Source: an uncultured Bacteroidales bacterium
GTDB lineage: Bacteria > Bacteroidota > Bacteroidia > Bacteroidales > UBA932
Assembly: GCA_944326255.1 (NCBI GenBank)
Contig: CALVDG010000003.1
Location: 55,167-119,166 of the forward strand
Direction: 5' to 3'
Length of the DNA: 64,000 nt
The notes below the pieces were generated by a model. It searched no databases and was not told where the DNA came from. It saw only the letters and a program-made list of their open reading frames with translations. Positions within the stretch are counted from its first letter, which is position 1, and every line of letters starts with the position of its first letter. This document shows, in pieces, positions 9,431 to 18,546 of the stretch. The position numbers and the translations under genes are program-made.

Positions 9431-9438
9431 CAAAATTA
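9431..9438 (-). promoter_or_regulatory. -7 box TAATTTTG for the ORF6N gene
   Basis: Exact TAnnTTTG match on the minus strand, 18 nt upstream of ATG 9413. Confidence 0.45.
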
Positions 9439-9622
9439 CCTATTGCCAATAACCGAAAACAGAACCTAAAGATTCAGCGCAAGATTTACCTGTTTCTATA
9501 ATTTTACGTTTTTATAAATTTCCACACCCTTGTGGTATTGGGTGCAGAAGTCAGTGGAGTTGACACGGTGTCAGGGTGGATGCCGGACACGGATGTTGGT
9601 GCGGAAATTCTGTGTTTTTTTA

Positions 9623-9630
9623 TAAATTTG
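9623..9630 (+). promoter_or_regulatory. -7 box TAAATTTG for the thioesterase-umuD-umuC operon
   Basis: Exact TAnnTTTG match. It predicts a ~140-nt 5' leader. A degenerate duplicate (TTTTTATAAATTT, 13/13 nt) lies at 9509-9521. Confidence 0.45.
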
Positions 9631-9650
9631 CGGCATATTAACGTTCGTTG

Positions 9651-9755
9651 ATAAAATCCAGCAACGAGAAAAGACTAGCCGCCCTCGGCTCTAGAGGGAG
9701 GGGCCCGTCGCGGAGCGGTGGGAGGGCCTGGTCTTTTCGACTGCTGGATTTTTAT
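9651..9755 (+). promoter_or_regulatory. Structured 105-nt 5' leader element (long closing stem plus GC-rich three-way junction with G-tracts)
   Basis: The outer stem pairs ATAAAATCCAGCA...GAAAAGAC (9651-9675) with GTCTTTTC...TGCTGGATTTTTAT (9731-9755), about 21 bp with an internal loop. Inner hairpins are AGCCG-CCCT-CGGCT and GGCCC-N17-GGGCC. There are four G-tracts (GGG A GGGG ... GGG A GGG). The element ends 23 nt before ATG 9779. Confidence 0.4.
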
Positions 9756-9778
9756 CAGATTAACAAATAACAAACTAA

Positions 9779-10165
9779 ATGGCAACAAATGATATCAAGG
9801 TCGGTATATCCGGCACATCGACAACGAAAGTCTGCAAGGAGAACTGCGCCTCGCTTATGGGATCCGGTGCACTGGACGTATTCGCTACCCCGGCAGTAGT
9901 GGCATATATGGAAATGGCCGCCTGCTATGCGGTCAATGACCTGCTCGAAGAGGGGCTCTCGACCGTAGGTACAAAGATTGACATCGCACACATCAAGGCT
10001 TCCCCGATAGGTGAGACCATCACTGCCAAAGCCACTCTCAAGGAGATTGACGGCCGTCGCCTGGTCTTCGATGTGACTGCCAGCGACTCCAAGGGAGAAA
10101 TAGCCAATGGTACCCACGAGCGGTTCATCATCAAGGTGGACAAGTTCCTGGCCAAGTTGCAGTAG
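9779..10165 (+). CDS. Hotdog-fold thioesterase (FlK/fluoroacetyl-CoA-thioesterase-like family)
   Basis: 128 aa. MGSGALDVFATPAVVAYMEMAA...TVGTKIDIAHIKASPIG...NGTHERFII resembles the small FlK-like thioesterase family. Confidence 0.7.
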   Translation: MATNDIKVGISGTSTTKVCKENCASLMGSGALDVFATPAVVAYMEMAACYAVNDLLEEGLSTVGTKIDIAHIKASPIGETITAKATLKEIDGRRLVFDVTASDSKGEIANGTHERFIIKVDKFLAKLQ

Positions 10166-10177
10166 GAAGGTTTCCAA

Positions 10178-10615
10178 ATGGATAAAGAGGATACCATATC
10201 CCGCTCCGGCAGTTCGGAGTCCGACGAAAAGCAGCAGCCTCCCAGGCTCTTCGAGTCCATCCATGCGGGCTTTCCCTCTCCTGCCGAGGACATTCCGGGA
10301 ACGGCTCTGGACATCAACAAACTGGTGGTCAAGAATCCCGCATCCACTTTCTTTGCCCGCGTCAGCGGTGACAGTATGGAAGGTGACGGCATCCGGGACG
10401 GGGACATACTGGTCATAGACAAGTCCGAAGAGCCGAGGGACGGTGCGATAGCCGTGTGCTTCATCAACGGGGAATTTACAGTAAAACGGCTGAGGATCCA
10501 GGACAAGAGCATCACGCTCGTCCCCTCCAATCCCCGGTACAGGCCCGTGACCATAAGGGAAGGTGACGACCTGACAATCTGGGGCATAGTGCGTTACGTT
10601 ATCAAGAAAGTATAA
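10178..10615 (+). CDS. umuD: S24 peptidase, translesion polymerase accessory subunit UmuD-like
   Basis: 145 aa. The Ser/Lys dyad context is ARVSGDSMEGDGIRDGDILVIDKS ... FTVKRL. There is no N-terminal HTH, so it is UmuD-like rather than LexA. Confidence 0.85.
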   Translation: MDKEDTISRSGSSESDEKQQPPRLFESIHAGFPSPAEDIPGTALDINKLVVKNPASTFFARVSGDSMEGDGIRDGDILVIDKSEEPRDGAIAVCFINGEFTVKRLRIQDKSITLVPSNPRYRPVTIREGDDLTIWGIVRYVIKKV

Positions 10616-10621
10616 CAGGTT

Positions 10622-11890
10622 ATGTTCGCCCTGGCCGACTGCAATAACTTCTTCGTAAGCTGCGAGCGGGTCTTCAGACCGAATCTGGAAGGCCGGCCGG
10701 TAGTAGTGCTGTCCAACAACGACGGCTGCGCTATAGCCCGCTCAAACGAGGCCAAGAAACTGGGTGTCAAGATGGGACAGCCGATGTTCGAGTTCAGGCA
10801 CTTGGTTGAGTCAGGTGCCGTCACAGTCTTCTCTTCCAATTTCTCTCTCTACGGGGATATGTCCAGACGGGTGCAGATGACCCTGTCCAGGTTCGCTCCG
10901 GCCATTGAAGTATATTCCATCGACGAGTCGTTCATCGACCTGCGCGGCATGAGCCCGGACACAGACTTTGACCGGTGGGCCAAGAATGTATCCCGCGAAT
11001 GCCGCCGCTGCACCGGCATCCCGGTCAGCGTAGGTGTCTCTCCTACCAAGACCCTCGCGAAGATCGCGTCCAAACTGTGCAAGCAGTATCCCGCGACCAG
11101 AGGCGGATGCTGGATGCACCGGAAGCAGGATGTGGAGAAGGTGCTGAGGACATTCGCGATTGAGGATATCTGGGGCATCGGCCGGCGCTACTCCAAACGG
11201 TTCAAGGGATACTTCGGCATGGATACGGCCTGGGATTTCTATACCAGGGAAGAGTCATGGGTGAGCAGCGAGATGGGCATCGGCGGAGTGAGGACCTGGA
11301 AAGAGCTGCACGGTATGCCCTGTATCGAATTCGAAGATACGGAGCAGGCGAAGAAACAGATTATGATATCCAGAACATTCGCCAAGGAGATAACCGACCC
11401 GGATGACCTGTCCGCACAGGTCTCCATGTTCTGCGCGATGGCTGTGGAGAAACTCCGTAAACAAGGCTCCTGCTGCGGCAGCGTAACCACTTTCATTACG
11501 ACCAACCGCTTTCACAAGGACAGCGGCAGGTCGCAATTTGAAAGTCGCCTGACACAGTTTCCGACAGCCACGGACAGCACTATAGAGATCAACGCCGCCG
11601 TCATGCGGACCCTGCAGGAAATGTTCCGCAAAGGATACGGGTACAAGAGAGCCGGTGTTGTCCTCGGGGACATCATACAGGCCGATAAAGTGCAGATGGC
11701 TTTCTTTGACAATGTGGACCGGGAAAGACATGCCAGACTGATGAGCGTCATGGACAGCATAAACCGCCGCGACGGACGCAACACCATAGGCGTGGCCTCA
11801 CAGTCTCTGGACGGCATAAAAATGAACAGGGAGCACTTGTCTCCCTGTTATACCACTGACTGGAACGACATTCCTGTCGTCCACTGCTGA
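10622..11890 (+). CDS. umuC: Y-family DNA polymerase (UmuC/Pol V catalytic subunit-like)
   Basis: 422 aa. It starts MFALADCNNFFVSCERVFRP and carries SIDESFIDL and IWGIGRR, typical of UmuC. It begins 6 nt after umuD. Confidence 0.9.
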   Translation: MFALADCNNFFVSCERVFRPNLEGRPVVVLSNNDGCAIARSNEAKKLGVKMGQPMFEFRHLVESGAVTVFSSNFSLYGDMSRRVQMTLSRFAPAIEVYSIDESFIDLRGMSPDTDFDRWAKNVSRECRRCTGIPVSVGVSPTKTLAKIASKLCKQYPATRGGCWMHRKQDVEKVLRTFAIEDIWGIGRRYSKRFKGYFGMDTAWDFYTREESWVSSEMGIGGVRTWKELHGMPCIEFEDTEQAKKQIMISRTFAKEITDPDDLSAQVSMFCAMAVEKLRKQGSCCGSVTTFITTNRFHKDSGRSQFESRLTQFPTATDSTIEINAAVMRTLQEMFRKGYGYKRAGVVLGDIIQADKVQMAFFDNVDRERHARLMSVMDSINRRDGRNTIGVASQSLDGIKMNREHLSPCYTTDWNDIPVVHC

Positions 11891-11895
11891 TGTTC

Positions 11896-13437
11896 CTACT
11901 TGGCGAAAGCCACTGAACGGGTCTCCCTGATGACCGTAATCTTCACCTGGCCGGGATAGACCATCTCATTCTGGATCTTGCGGGCAATCTCGTTGGAAAG
12001 CATCTCCGCCTCGGCATCGCTCACCTGCTCGGCTCCCACAATAACCCTGAGCTCGCGTCCGGCCTGTATGGCGTATGTCTTGGTCACGCCAGGATAGGAC
12101 ATCGCTATCGCCTCCATATCCTTCAGACGCTTGATGTAAGACTCGATGACCTCACGGCGGGCACCGGGCCTTGCGCCTGAGATAGCGTCACCCACAAGAA
12201 CTATCGGAGATATAAGAGACATCATCTCCACCTCCTCGTGATGCGCTCCGATGGCGTTGCATACCTCCGGTTTCTCCTTATACTTCTCAGCCAGCTTCAT
12301 ACCCAGGATAGCATGAGGCAGCTCCGAATCCTCTTCCGAGACTTTTCCGATATCGTGCAGCAGACCGGCACGCTTGGCTGTCTTGGGATTGAGTCCCAGC
12401 TCAGCTGCCATGGTCGCACAGATATTGGCCACCTCACGGGAGTGCTGCAGCAGGTTCTGACCGTATGAGGAGCGGTATTTCATCCTTCCGACCAGCTTGA
12501 CCAGCTCGGCGTGAAGACCGTGGATGCCAAGGTCGATGCAGGTCCTCTTACCTGTCTCCATAATCTCGTCGTCCAGCTGCTTGCGCACTTTCTCCACAAC
12601 TTCCTCGATACGGGCGGGATGAATACGTCCGTCAGTCACCAGCTGATGCAGGGCTAGACGGGCCACCTCCCTGCGGACAGGGTCAAATGCCGAAAGCAGA
12701 ATGGCCTCGGGAGTGTCGTCCACGACTATCTCCACTCCTGTAGCAGCCTCCAGAGCCCGGATATTACGGCCCTCACGGCCTATGATACGGCCTTTCATCT
12801 CATCGTTCTCGATGTTGAAGACAGTCACAGCATTCTCGATTGCCGTCTCGGGAGCTATGCGCTGAATGGTGTTGATGACTATCCTCTTGGCCTCCTTTCC
12901 GGCTGTCATCCTGGCCTCGTCCATGACATCGTTGATGTAGGACATCGCCTGGGTCTTGGCCTCCTCCTTCATGGTCTCCATCAGGACATCCTTAGCCTCG
13001 GCGGCGGACATTCCGGCCAGACTCTCCAGCTTCTCCACAGCATCCTTATGAAGCCTGTCGTACTCCTCTGCCTTACGGTTCACGACCTCCACCTGAGCCT
13101 TGAGGTTCTCCCTGACCACATCAGCCTCGCGCTGCTTGCGCTGCAGGTCCGAATATTGCTGATTAAGCTGCATCTCTTTCTGTTTCAGCTTATTCTCAGT
13201 CTGCTGTATCTGGGAATTCTTCTCGTTGATATAACGCTCGTGCTCGCCTTTAAGCTGAAGGAATTTCTCCTTGGCCTGGAAGATCTTCTCCTTTTTGATG
13301 TTCTCTCCTTCCTGCTCGGCCTCCTTTATTATCTTGTCAGCCTGCTTCTTTCTGGCAGCCTTGATGACAAAAAAAGTAACCGCCGCCGCTATTGCGGCTA
13401 CGACTATCAGTAAAATGATTACTAACGAAATCTGCAT
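11896..13437 (-). CDS. rny: Ribonuclease Y
   Basis: An N-terminal TM helix ([20 protein letters not shown]), a coiled coil, a KH domain ([15 protein letters not shown]) and an HD domain (LLHDIGK). The track's TTG start at 13473 is replaced by ATG 13437. Confidence 0.9.
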   Translation of the reverse strand: MQISLVIILLIVVAAIAAAVTFFVIKAARKKQADKIIKEAEQEGENIKKEKIFQAKEKFLQLKGEHERYINEKNSQIQQTENKLKQKEMQLNQQYSDLQRKQREADVVRENLKAQVEVVNRKAEEYDRLHKDAVEKLESLAGMSAAEAKDVLMETMKEEAKTQAMSYINDVMDEARMTAGKEAKRIVINTIQRIAPETAIENAVTVFNIENDEMKGRIIGREGRNIRALEAATGVEIVVDDTPEAILLSAFDPVRREVARLALHQLVTDGRIHPARIEEVVEKVRKQLDDEIMETGKRTCIDLGIHGLHAELVKLVGRMKYRSSYGQNLLQHSREVANICATMAAELGLNPKTAKRAGLLHDIGKVSEEDSELPHAILGMKLAEKYKEKPEVCNAIGAHHEEVEMMSLISPIVLVGDAISGARPGARREVIESYIKRLKDMEAIAMSYPGVTKTYAIQAGRELRVIVGAEQVSDAEAEMLSNEIARKIQNEMVYPGQVKITVIRETRSVAFAK

Positions 13438-13504
13438 ATCTATAATTTTTATATATTGAGTTAATGTTCCCAATCTATAAAGAATTACGACCAGAAGACT
13501 GTTG

Positions 13505-13701
13505 AAGAAAAAAGCCGTTAGAACACTGTTTATCAGAAAAACCTAAAAAAATAGGATTTGAGCTCCGATTGCGGACTCAGACTTCCAACGTCCGGTAAAA
13601 CCGAATCCCCTTGCGGGTCACCCAGGCCTGTCTTCATCCATCGAGTTGGCTCTGTATTGTTAAAAATGTTGATTTTCGCAAAGAGCGATCTAACGGCTTA
13701 A
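13505..13701 (-). ncRNA. ssrS: Candidate 6S RNA (rod-like ~195-nt structured RNA between zapA and rny)
   Basis: The 5' end AAGCCGUUAGA (13699-13689) pairs perfectly with the 3' end UCUAACGGCUU (13522-13512), which is followed by UUUUUUCUU. The interior forms successive helices (GAGC/GCUC, UCGAU/AUCGG, GGA..AGAC/GUCU..UCC), a GCAA-capped hairpin, and an A/U-rich asymmetric central bubble whose 3' side folds into a CCUA-U7-UAGG hairpin. Its position directly after zapA matches the zapA-ssrS synteny known from E. coli. Confidence 0.45.
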
Positions 13702-13705
13702 GCTA

Positions 13706-14020
13706 TTATTCCACATTATTTTCTATATACTCATCCAGTTGACTGTCCAAAAGCTGAATACTGTCCCGCATGTCTCCCAATACTGCCTCCAACCTCGCCT
13801 TCTCCACAGCTGTCTGCACCAGAGCCACTGTCAGAAGTTCCTGATTGTCATGAAAATTCTTACGTAGCTTGAAATCCGAAAGCTTTTCCGACAACCCCTT
13901 TATCGTATTCCTGATAAGACTCTCATCCTCCTGCGGAACCGTGTACTTGAACTTACGGTCAAGTATTGTAACATTGATTACAACATTACCCGATACCAAC
14001 TTGTCCTTTTCCTCCTCCAT
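13706..14020 (-). CDS. zapA: Cell division protein ZapA-like
   Basis: 104 aa. The layout (N-terminal beta region VINVTILDRKFKYTVP, helical middle, C-terminal coiled coil) and the size fit Bacteroidetes ZapA annotations. Confidence 0.65.
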   Translation of the reverse strand: MEEEKDKLVSGNVVINVTILDRKFKYTVPQEDESLIRNTIKGLSEKLSDFKLRKNFHDNQELLTVALVQTAVEKARLEAVLGDMRDSIQLLDSQLDEYIENNVE

Positions 14021-14022
14021 AA

Positions 14023-14337
14023 TCAGTTACTCAGCAATGAAATACATTTGTCAATCTCCCGCACCAGTCTGTTTATGTTCTGTCTAGCTTCTTTAACATC
14101 TATCGCAGAAGTCTCAAAGGCTCCTGCCAACTGCAATTTATCTATCTTCTGTTCTAATTCTTTAATTTTGTTATTACTGTTTTCCAATCTTTCCCTGTAA
14201 GCCTCTATCTCAGAGTCCTTGCGTCCAAGCTCGTCCTGCATCTCCCGGTTCTTCGCCAGAAGATTCTCATAGCGGGAAATGAAGTACTCTATCTTCCTCT
14301 TATGCGCATCGATAAGTATTCTGCAACTCTCGTCCAT
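14023..14337 (-). CDS. Coiled-coil protein of unknown function, co-transcribed with zapA
   Basis: 104 aa with heptad-rich sequence (LLAKNREMQDELGRKDSEIEAYRERLENSNNKIKELEQKIDKLQ). It ends 2 nt before the zapA start. Confidence 0.55.
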   Translation of the reverse strand: MDESCRILIDAHKRKIEYFISRYENLLAKNREMQDELGRKDSEIEAYRERLENSNNKIKELEQKIDKLQLAGAFETSAIDVKEARQNINRLVREIDKCISLLSN

Positions 14338-14375
14338 AATAAACTTACAGCAGGCACAAAGTTATAAAAAATTAT

Positions 14376-15200
14376 TTATCTATCATCATCTGTTATCCCA
14401 AACTTGTCCGCATCCATCCAAGCGGGGAATTTTTTCCGGAAACTGCGCAGAGCCTCCATGGCCAGAGATGCCTCCAGAAAGCCTTCCTGCCCTCTCATTT
14501 CCCCGCATTGCGCCAGATGTCCGACAGAGCGTCCCTTGTAGTCCACTATAAGGGAGCCTCCGCTGTAACTGTCCTCCGGGCTCTCCCCGGTACGGTTGCA
14601 GAAAACGAACCAGGACTGGTTCTCCACCGCCCTTGCATGAGCCAGTATTGATGCCGCCTCTATCCTTGAAGATGGCCACGAAGCCACATTCAGCATCACA
14701 TCATAGGCATTGTCGCCGGCATTCCTGCTCCAGACCGGGAAACGCAGGTCGTAGCACACATTGAGTCCGATCCGCCAGCCCAGATATTCCACCACCTTCC
14801 TGTCATGACCGGATGCGAATACCTCATTCTCCCCGCTCATCCTGAAAAGGTGCCGCTTGTCATAGGCCTCCGCCCTGCCGTCCGGGTACACGAAGTACAT
14901 CCGGTTATGGACACGGCCGCCATCCGCCACAGGGACGGAACCGGCAAGGGCCGCACCTGTCTCAGCGGCAAGACCACGCATCCACCGCAATGTCGCCCCG
15001 GACTCCGGCTCAGCATACTGCACATTGGAAGTAAAACCGGTTGTGAAGAACTCCGGCAGCACCAGCAGATCAGGCCGGAGACCAGGTTTGACGCTATCAA
15101 TGTGCTCCAGTATCAGACCCTCCAGCCGCTTTCTGTTCCCGTCAGGATTCTCCCAGAGCACATCCGTCTGGCATACAGACACATTGAGCACCCGCTTCAT
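14376..15200 (-). CDS. Carbon-nitrogen hydrolase (nitrilase superfamily; omega-amidase YafV-like)
   Basis: 274 aa. The Glu-Lys-Cys triad contexts are LLVLPEFF, YDKRHLF and GLNVCYDLRFP. Confidence 0.85.
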   Translation of the reverse strand: MKRVLNVSVCQTDVLWENPDGNRKRLEGLILEHIDSVKPGLRPDLLVLPEFFTTGFTSNVQYAEPESGATLRWMRGLAAETGAALAGSVPVADGGRVHNRMYFVYPDGRAEAYDKRHLFRMSGENEVFASGHDRKVVEYLGWRIGLNVCYDLRFPVWSRNAGDNAYDVMLNVASWPSSRIEAASILAHARAVENQSWFVFCNRTGESPEDSYSGGSLIVDYKGRSVGHLAQCGEMRGQEGFLEASLAMEALRSFRKKFPAWMDADKFGITDDDR

Positions 15201-16369
15201 ACCTCTGACCGCTTAAATATCCTATCCACTATCATGGCGATGGCACCGTCTCCGGTCACATTGCAGGCCGTTCCGAAACTGTCCATCGCAATATAAAGCG
15301 CAATCATCAACCCCTGCATATCCTCGTCGAAACCTAAAATAGAGCCGATAATGCCTATAGAGGCCATGATTGCCCCGCCGGGAACACCGGGAGCCGCCAC
15401 CATGGCTATACCCAGCATAAATATAAACTCAGTGTACACCCCTATGTCAGAAGGCATTCCTGTCATAATCGAAAGCGCCAGGGCACAGGCCACAATCTTG
15501 AGCGTACTGCCCGAAAGATGAATAGTGCCGCAGAGCGGTATCACGAAGTCAGCTACCTCGGCCCTCACCCCGTTTTTCTTTGCCTGAGCCAGGGTCACGG
15601 GTATGGTCGCAGCAGAGGACTGCGTACCGAGCGCGGTCATATAGGCCGGCAGCATATTGCGCAAACTCTTCAACGGATTCTTCCCCGCAACGGCCCCGGC
15701 TATGCAGAACTGTATCAGCAGCAGGGCCACATGCAGTACGAATATCACGATGATGACCTTCAGGAAAAGAGCGAGTATCGTCATCACCGTTCCCTCCACG
15801 CCCATTTTCAGGAAAATGCCGAAAATATACAAAGGCAGCAGTGGGATGATGACCTTGCGGATGACCATCATGATGACCTCCCGGAACTCGCTAAGCATCC
15901 CGCGCATGATATTGCCCTTTATAGCAGAAAGGGCCAGTCCCAGCACAAAGGAAAGAACCAGGGCGGACATGACTCCGAACAGGGGCGGCATATCAATTAC
16001 AAAATAAGGATCCAGTCCGTTGCCGGACACAACGGACTGGATTACCGCAAAGGCATCCGCGTCCAGTATATGAGGATACACCGCTCCGCACACCCCATAG
16101 GCGAAATATCCCGACAGGACTGTCGACACGTATGCGATAAGTGTCGTCGCCCCCAGCATACGTCCCGCGCCGCGTCCGAGCTCTGCTATTCCTGGCGCCA
16201 CAAGTCCCAGAATCAGAAGAGGTATTATGAAGTTCAGGAAATTGCCGAACAGTGAATTGACGGTCACAAATACCCTGGCCAGAGCCGGAGGGAAAAACCA
16301 TGAGCACCCTATACCGGCCAGAATAGCTATGACTATCTTCAGCAAAAGGGATATCTTTATTTTTCTCAT
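15197..16369 (-). CDS. Dicarboxylate/amino acid:cation symporter (DAACS family, SstT-like)
   Basis: 390 aa, polytopic. It has the DAACS signature GTQSSAATIPVT and NVTGDG near the C-terminus. Its stop overlaps the amidase ATG (ATGA). Confidence 0.85.
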   Translation of the reverse strand: MRKIKISLLLKIVIAILAGIGCSWFFPPALARVFVTVNSLFGNFLNFIIPLLILGLVAPGIAELGRGAGRMLGATTLIAYVSTVLSGYFAYGVCGAVYPHILDADAFAVIQSVVSGNGLDPYFVIDMPPLFGVMSALVLSFVLGLALSAIKGNIMRGMLSEFREVIMMVIRKVIIPLLPLYIFGIFLKMGVEGTVMTILALFLKVIIVIFVLHVALLLIQFCIAGAVAGKNPLKSLRNMLPAYMTALGTQSSAATIPVTLAQAKKNGVRAEVADFVIPLCGTIHLSGSTLKIVACALALSIMTGMPSDIGVYTEFIFMLGIAMVAAPGVPGGAIMASIGIIGSILGFDEDMQGLMIALYIAMDSFGTACNVTGDGAIAMIVDRIFKRSEV

Positions 16370-16415
16370 ATGTACTCAGTCTGTCTAAAATTGGCCGAAT
16401 ATACCAATATTTTCG

Positions 16416-16423
16416 TACATTTG
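16416..16423 (+). promoter_or_regulatory. -7 box TACATTTG for the GT2/dihydroorotase-like gene pair
   Basis: Exact TAnnTTTG match 10 nt upstream of ATG 16433 and 22 nt upstream of ATG 16445. Confidence 0.45.
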
Positions 16424-16432
16424 TAAAAATGT

Positions 16433-17176
16433 ATGCAAATAGACATGGAGCACAGCAAGATTGTAATCATCCCGACATACAATGAGAAGGAGAATATAGA
16501 GAAGATCATACGCAAGGTGCGCTCTCTCGACGGGGACTTTCACATACTGATCGTGGACGACGGCTCCCCTGACGGCACCGGCGCGATAGTCAAGGGATTA
16601 CAGAAAGAATTTTCCGACACACTTTTCATCATCGAGCGCTCCGGCAAGCTCGGACTCGGTACAGCCTACATCGCAGGCTTCAAATGGTGCCTGGAACACG
16701 GCTATGACTATATCTTCGAGATGGACGCCGACTTCTCGCACAATCCCGAAGACCTGATCCGACTCTACAACGCATGCGCCTCAGACGGAGCAGATATATC
16801 CATAGGTTCCCGTTACGTGGAGGGCATAGCCGTGAGGGACTGGCCGCTCAGCCGCATCATGATATCCTACGGAGCGTCTTTCTACGTACGCACCGTACTC
16901 GGAATGAAAGTGTACGACTCCACCGCCGGCTTTGTGTGCTACAGCAGAAAGGTATTGGAGACCATTGATTTGGACCGGATACGCATGAAAGGCTACGGAT
17001 TCCAGATAGAAATGAAATACAATGCCTACAGGCTGGGATTCAATATAAAGGAGGTTCCCATCATCTTCACCGACCGCAAGGAGGGCAAGTCAAAGATGAG
17101 CAGTTCCATATTCGGAGAGGCGTTCAGAGGAGTAATCGCTCTAAGATTCAGGAAAATAACCCCAAGGCAACACTGA
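16433..17176 (+). CDS. Polyprenol/dolichyl-phosphate mannose synthase-like family-2 glycosyltransferase
   Basis: IVIIPTYNEKENI, LIVDDGSPDGT and EMDADFSH are typical of GT2 DPM1-like enzymes. The start may instead be ATG 16445 (MEHSK...). Confidence 0.85.
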   Translation: MQIDMEHSKIVIIPTYNEKENIEKIIRKVRSLDGDFHILIVDDGSPDGTGAIVKGLQKEFSDTLFIIERSGKLGLGTAYIAGFKWCLEHGYDYIFEMDADFSHNPEDLIRLYNACASDGADISIGSRYVEGIAVRDWPLSRIMISYGASFYVRTVLGMKVYDSTAGFVCYSRKVLETIDLDRIRMKGYGFQIEMKYNAYRLGFNIKEVPIIFTDRKEGKSKMSSSIFGEAFRGVIALRFRKITPRQH

Positions 17177-18546
17177 TGGGCACACTGATAAAGGACATAC
17201 GCATAGTAAATGAAGGACGTATGACAGAGGGCAGCGTCCTGATTGAGGGTAAGACAATAGCCTCTGTCATGCAGGCATCGGATCCTGATTACGGACATCA
17301 GGTCCATGAGGCAGAAAACTTTGCGGGAGAGGTAATCATTGGGGGCAGTGAGGCGATGCTGCTGCCGGGCGTCATAGACGACCAGGTGCATTTCCGAGAG
17401 CCAGGCGCCACCCGGAAGGGCTGCATAGCCTCTGAGAGCGCGGCTGCCGTCCTCGGCGGAGTAACATCCTTCATGGACATGCCCAACAACAACCCTCCGG
17501 CAACCACCGTCGGACTACTTGAAAGCAAATACGACGCAGCCACCCGGGAGTCATGGGCCAACTACTCCTTTTATATCGGGGCCACAAACGACAATATCGA
17601 AGAGCTCCGGCGTGCCGACCGCAGTAATGTCTGCGGCATAAAGGTCTTCATGGGCTCCTCTACCGGCAATATGCTGGTGGACTCCCAGGAGGCGCTCGAT
17701 GCGGTATTCTCCCTCGACGGATGGCTTATAGCGACCCACTGCGAGGACGAGGCCGTCATCCGGCACAATCTGGAAGAAGCTAAAGCACGCTACGCCACGG
17801 GCATTCCGTTCAGCGCCCATCCGCTGATCCGCAGCCGCGAGGCCTGCCTGAAATCATCGGCAAAGGCTATGGAACTGGCAAGGAGACACGGCACACGCCT
17901 GCACGTGCTGCACGTAAGCACAGCCGAGGAAATTGACATGCTGTCGGAGGCACATGTGAAGCATCCGGGCATCAGCGCGGAGGTCTGCGTACACTATATG
18001 TGGTTCGATGACAGGGATTACAACCGTTACGGAAGTCTTGTCAAATGCAATCCGGCCATCAAGACCCAAGCCGACCGGGAGGCTATAACCGCTGCTGTGC
18101 GTGAAGGCCTTGTCCAGGCTGTGGCTACCGACCATGCACCGCATCTGTTCGAGGAGAAGAAGCAGGATTACCTCCATGCTCCGTCGGGTCTGCCGACCGT
18201 GCAGCACTCGCTGGTGATGATGCTCCAGCTGGCCGAACGCGGCTGTTTTCCCATAGAGCAGGCGGTACGTATGATGTCCCACTCCCCTGCCGACCTGTTC
18301 AGAATTGACCGCCGGGGATATATCAGAGAAGGGTACTTCGCCGACCTGGTCATCGTACGCCACCGTCCGTGGACTGTCTCCAAGGACAACATCGCCTACC
18401 GCTGCGGCTGGTCTCCCCTCGAAGGGACTGTATTCGACTGGGCCGTCACCGACACCTTCGTCAACGGCACACGCACCGTCCGCGACGGCCGCCTCACCAA
18501 CCTCCGCACCCCCGCCCGCCTGCACTTCCGCTCAAGTACGACATGA
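17176..18546 (+). CDS. Dihydroorotase-like cyclic amidohydrolase (class I DHOase/allantoinase fold)
   Basis: 456 aa with DDQVHFREPG (HxH-type metal site), GIKVFMGS (carbamylated Lys context), HCEDE, HVLHVST and ATDHAPH. Confidence 0.8.
   Translation: MGTLIKDIRIVNEGRMTEGSVLIEGKTIASVMQASDPDYGHQVHEAENFAGEVIIGGSEAMLLPGVIDDQVHFREPGATRKGCIASESAAAVLGGVTSFMDMPNNNPPATTVGLLESKYDAATRESWANYSFYIGATNDNIEELRRADRSNVCGIKVFMGSSTGNMLVDSQEALDAVFSLDGWLIATHCEDEAVIRHNLEEAKARYATGIPFSAHPLIRSREACLKSSAKAMELARRHGTRLHVLHVSTAEEIDMLSEAHVKHPGISAEVCVHYMWFDDRDYNRYGSLVKCNPAIKTQADREAITAAVREGLVQAVATDHAPHLFEEKKQDYLHAPSGLPTVQHSLVMMLQLAERGCFPIEQAVRMMSHSPADLFRIDRRGYIREGYFADLVIVRHRPWTVSKDNIAYRCGWSPLEGTVFDWAVTDTFVNGTRTVRDGRLTNLRTPARLHFRSSTT

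Noticed and set aside
9639-9650. TAACGTTCGT, a 9/10 match to the ARACGTWCGT inverted-repeat core of Bacteroides Mpi-type invertible promoters. It lies just upstream of the umuDC leader.
   Set aside because: I found no inverted partner (ACGWACGTYT) within several hundred bp on either side, so a phase-variable invertible promoter is unsupported.
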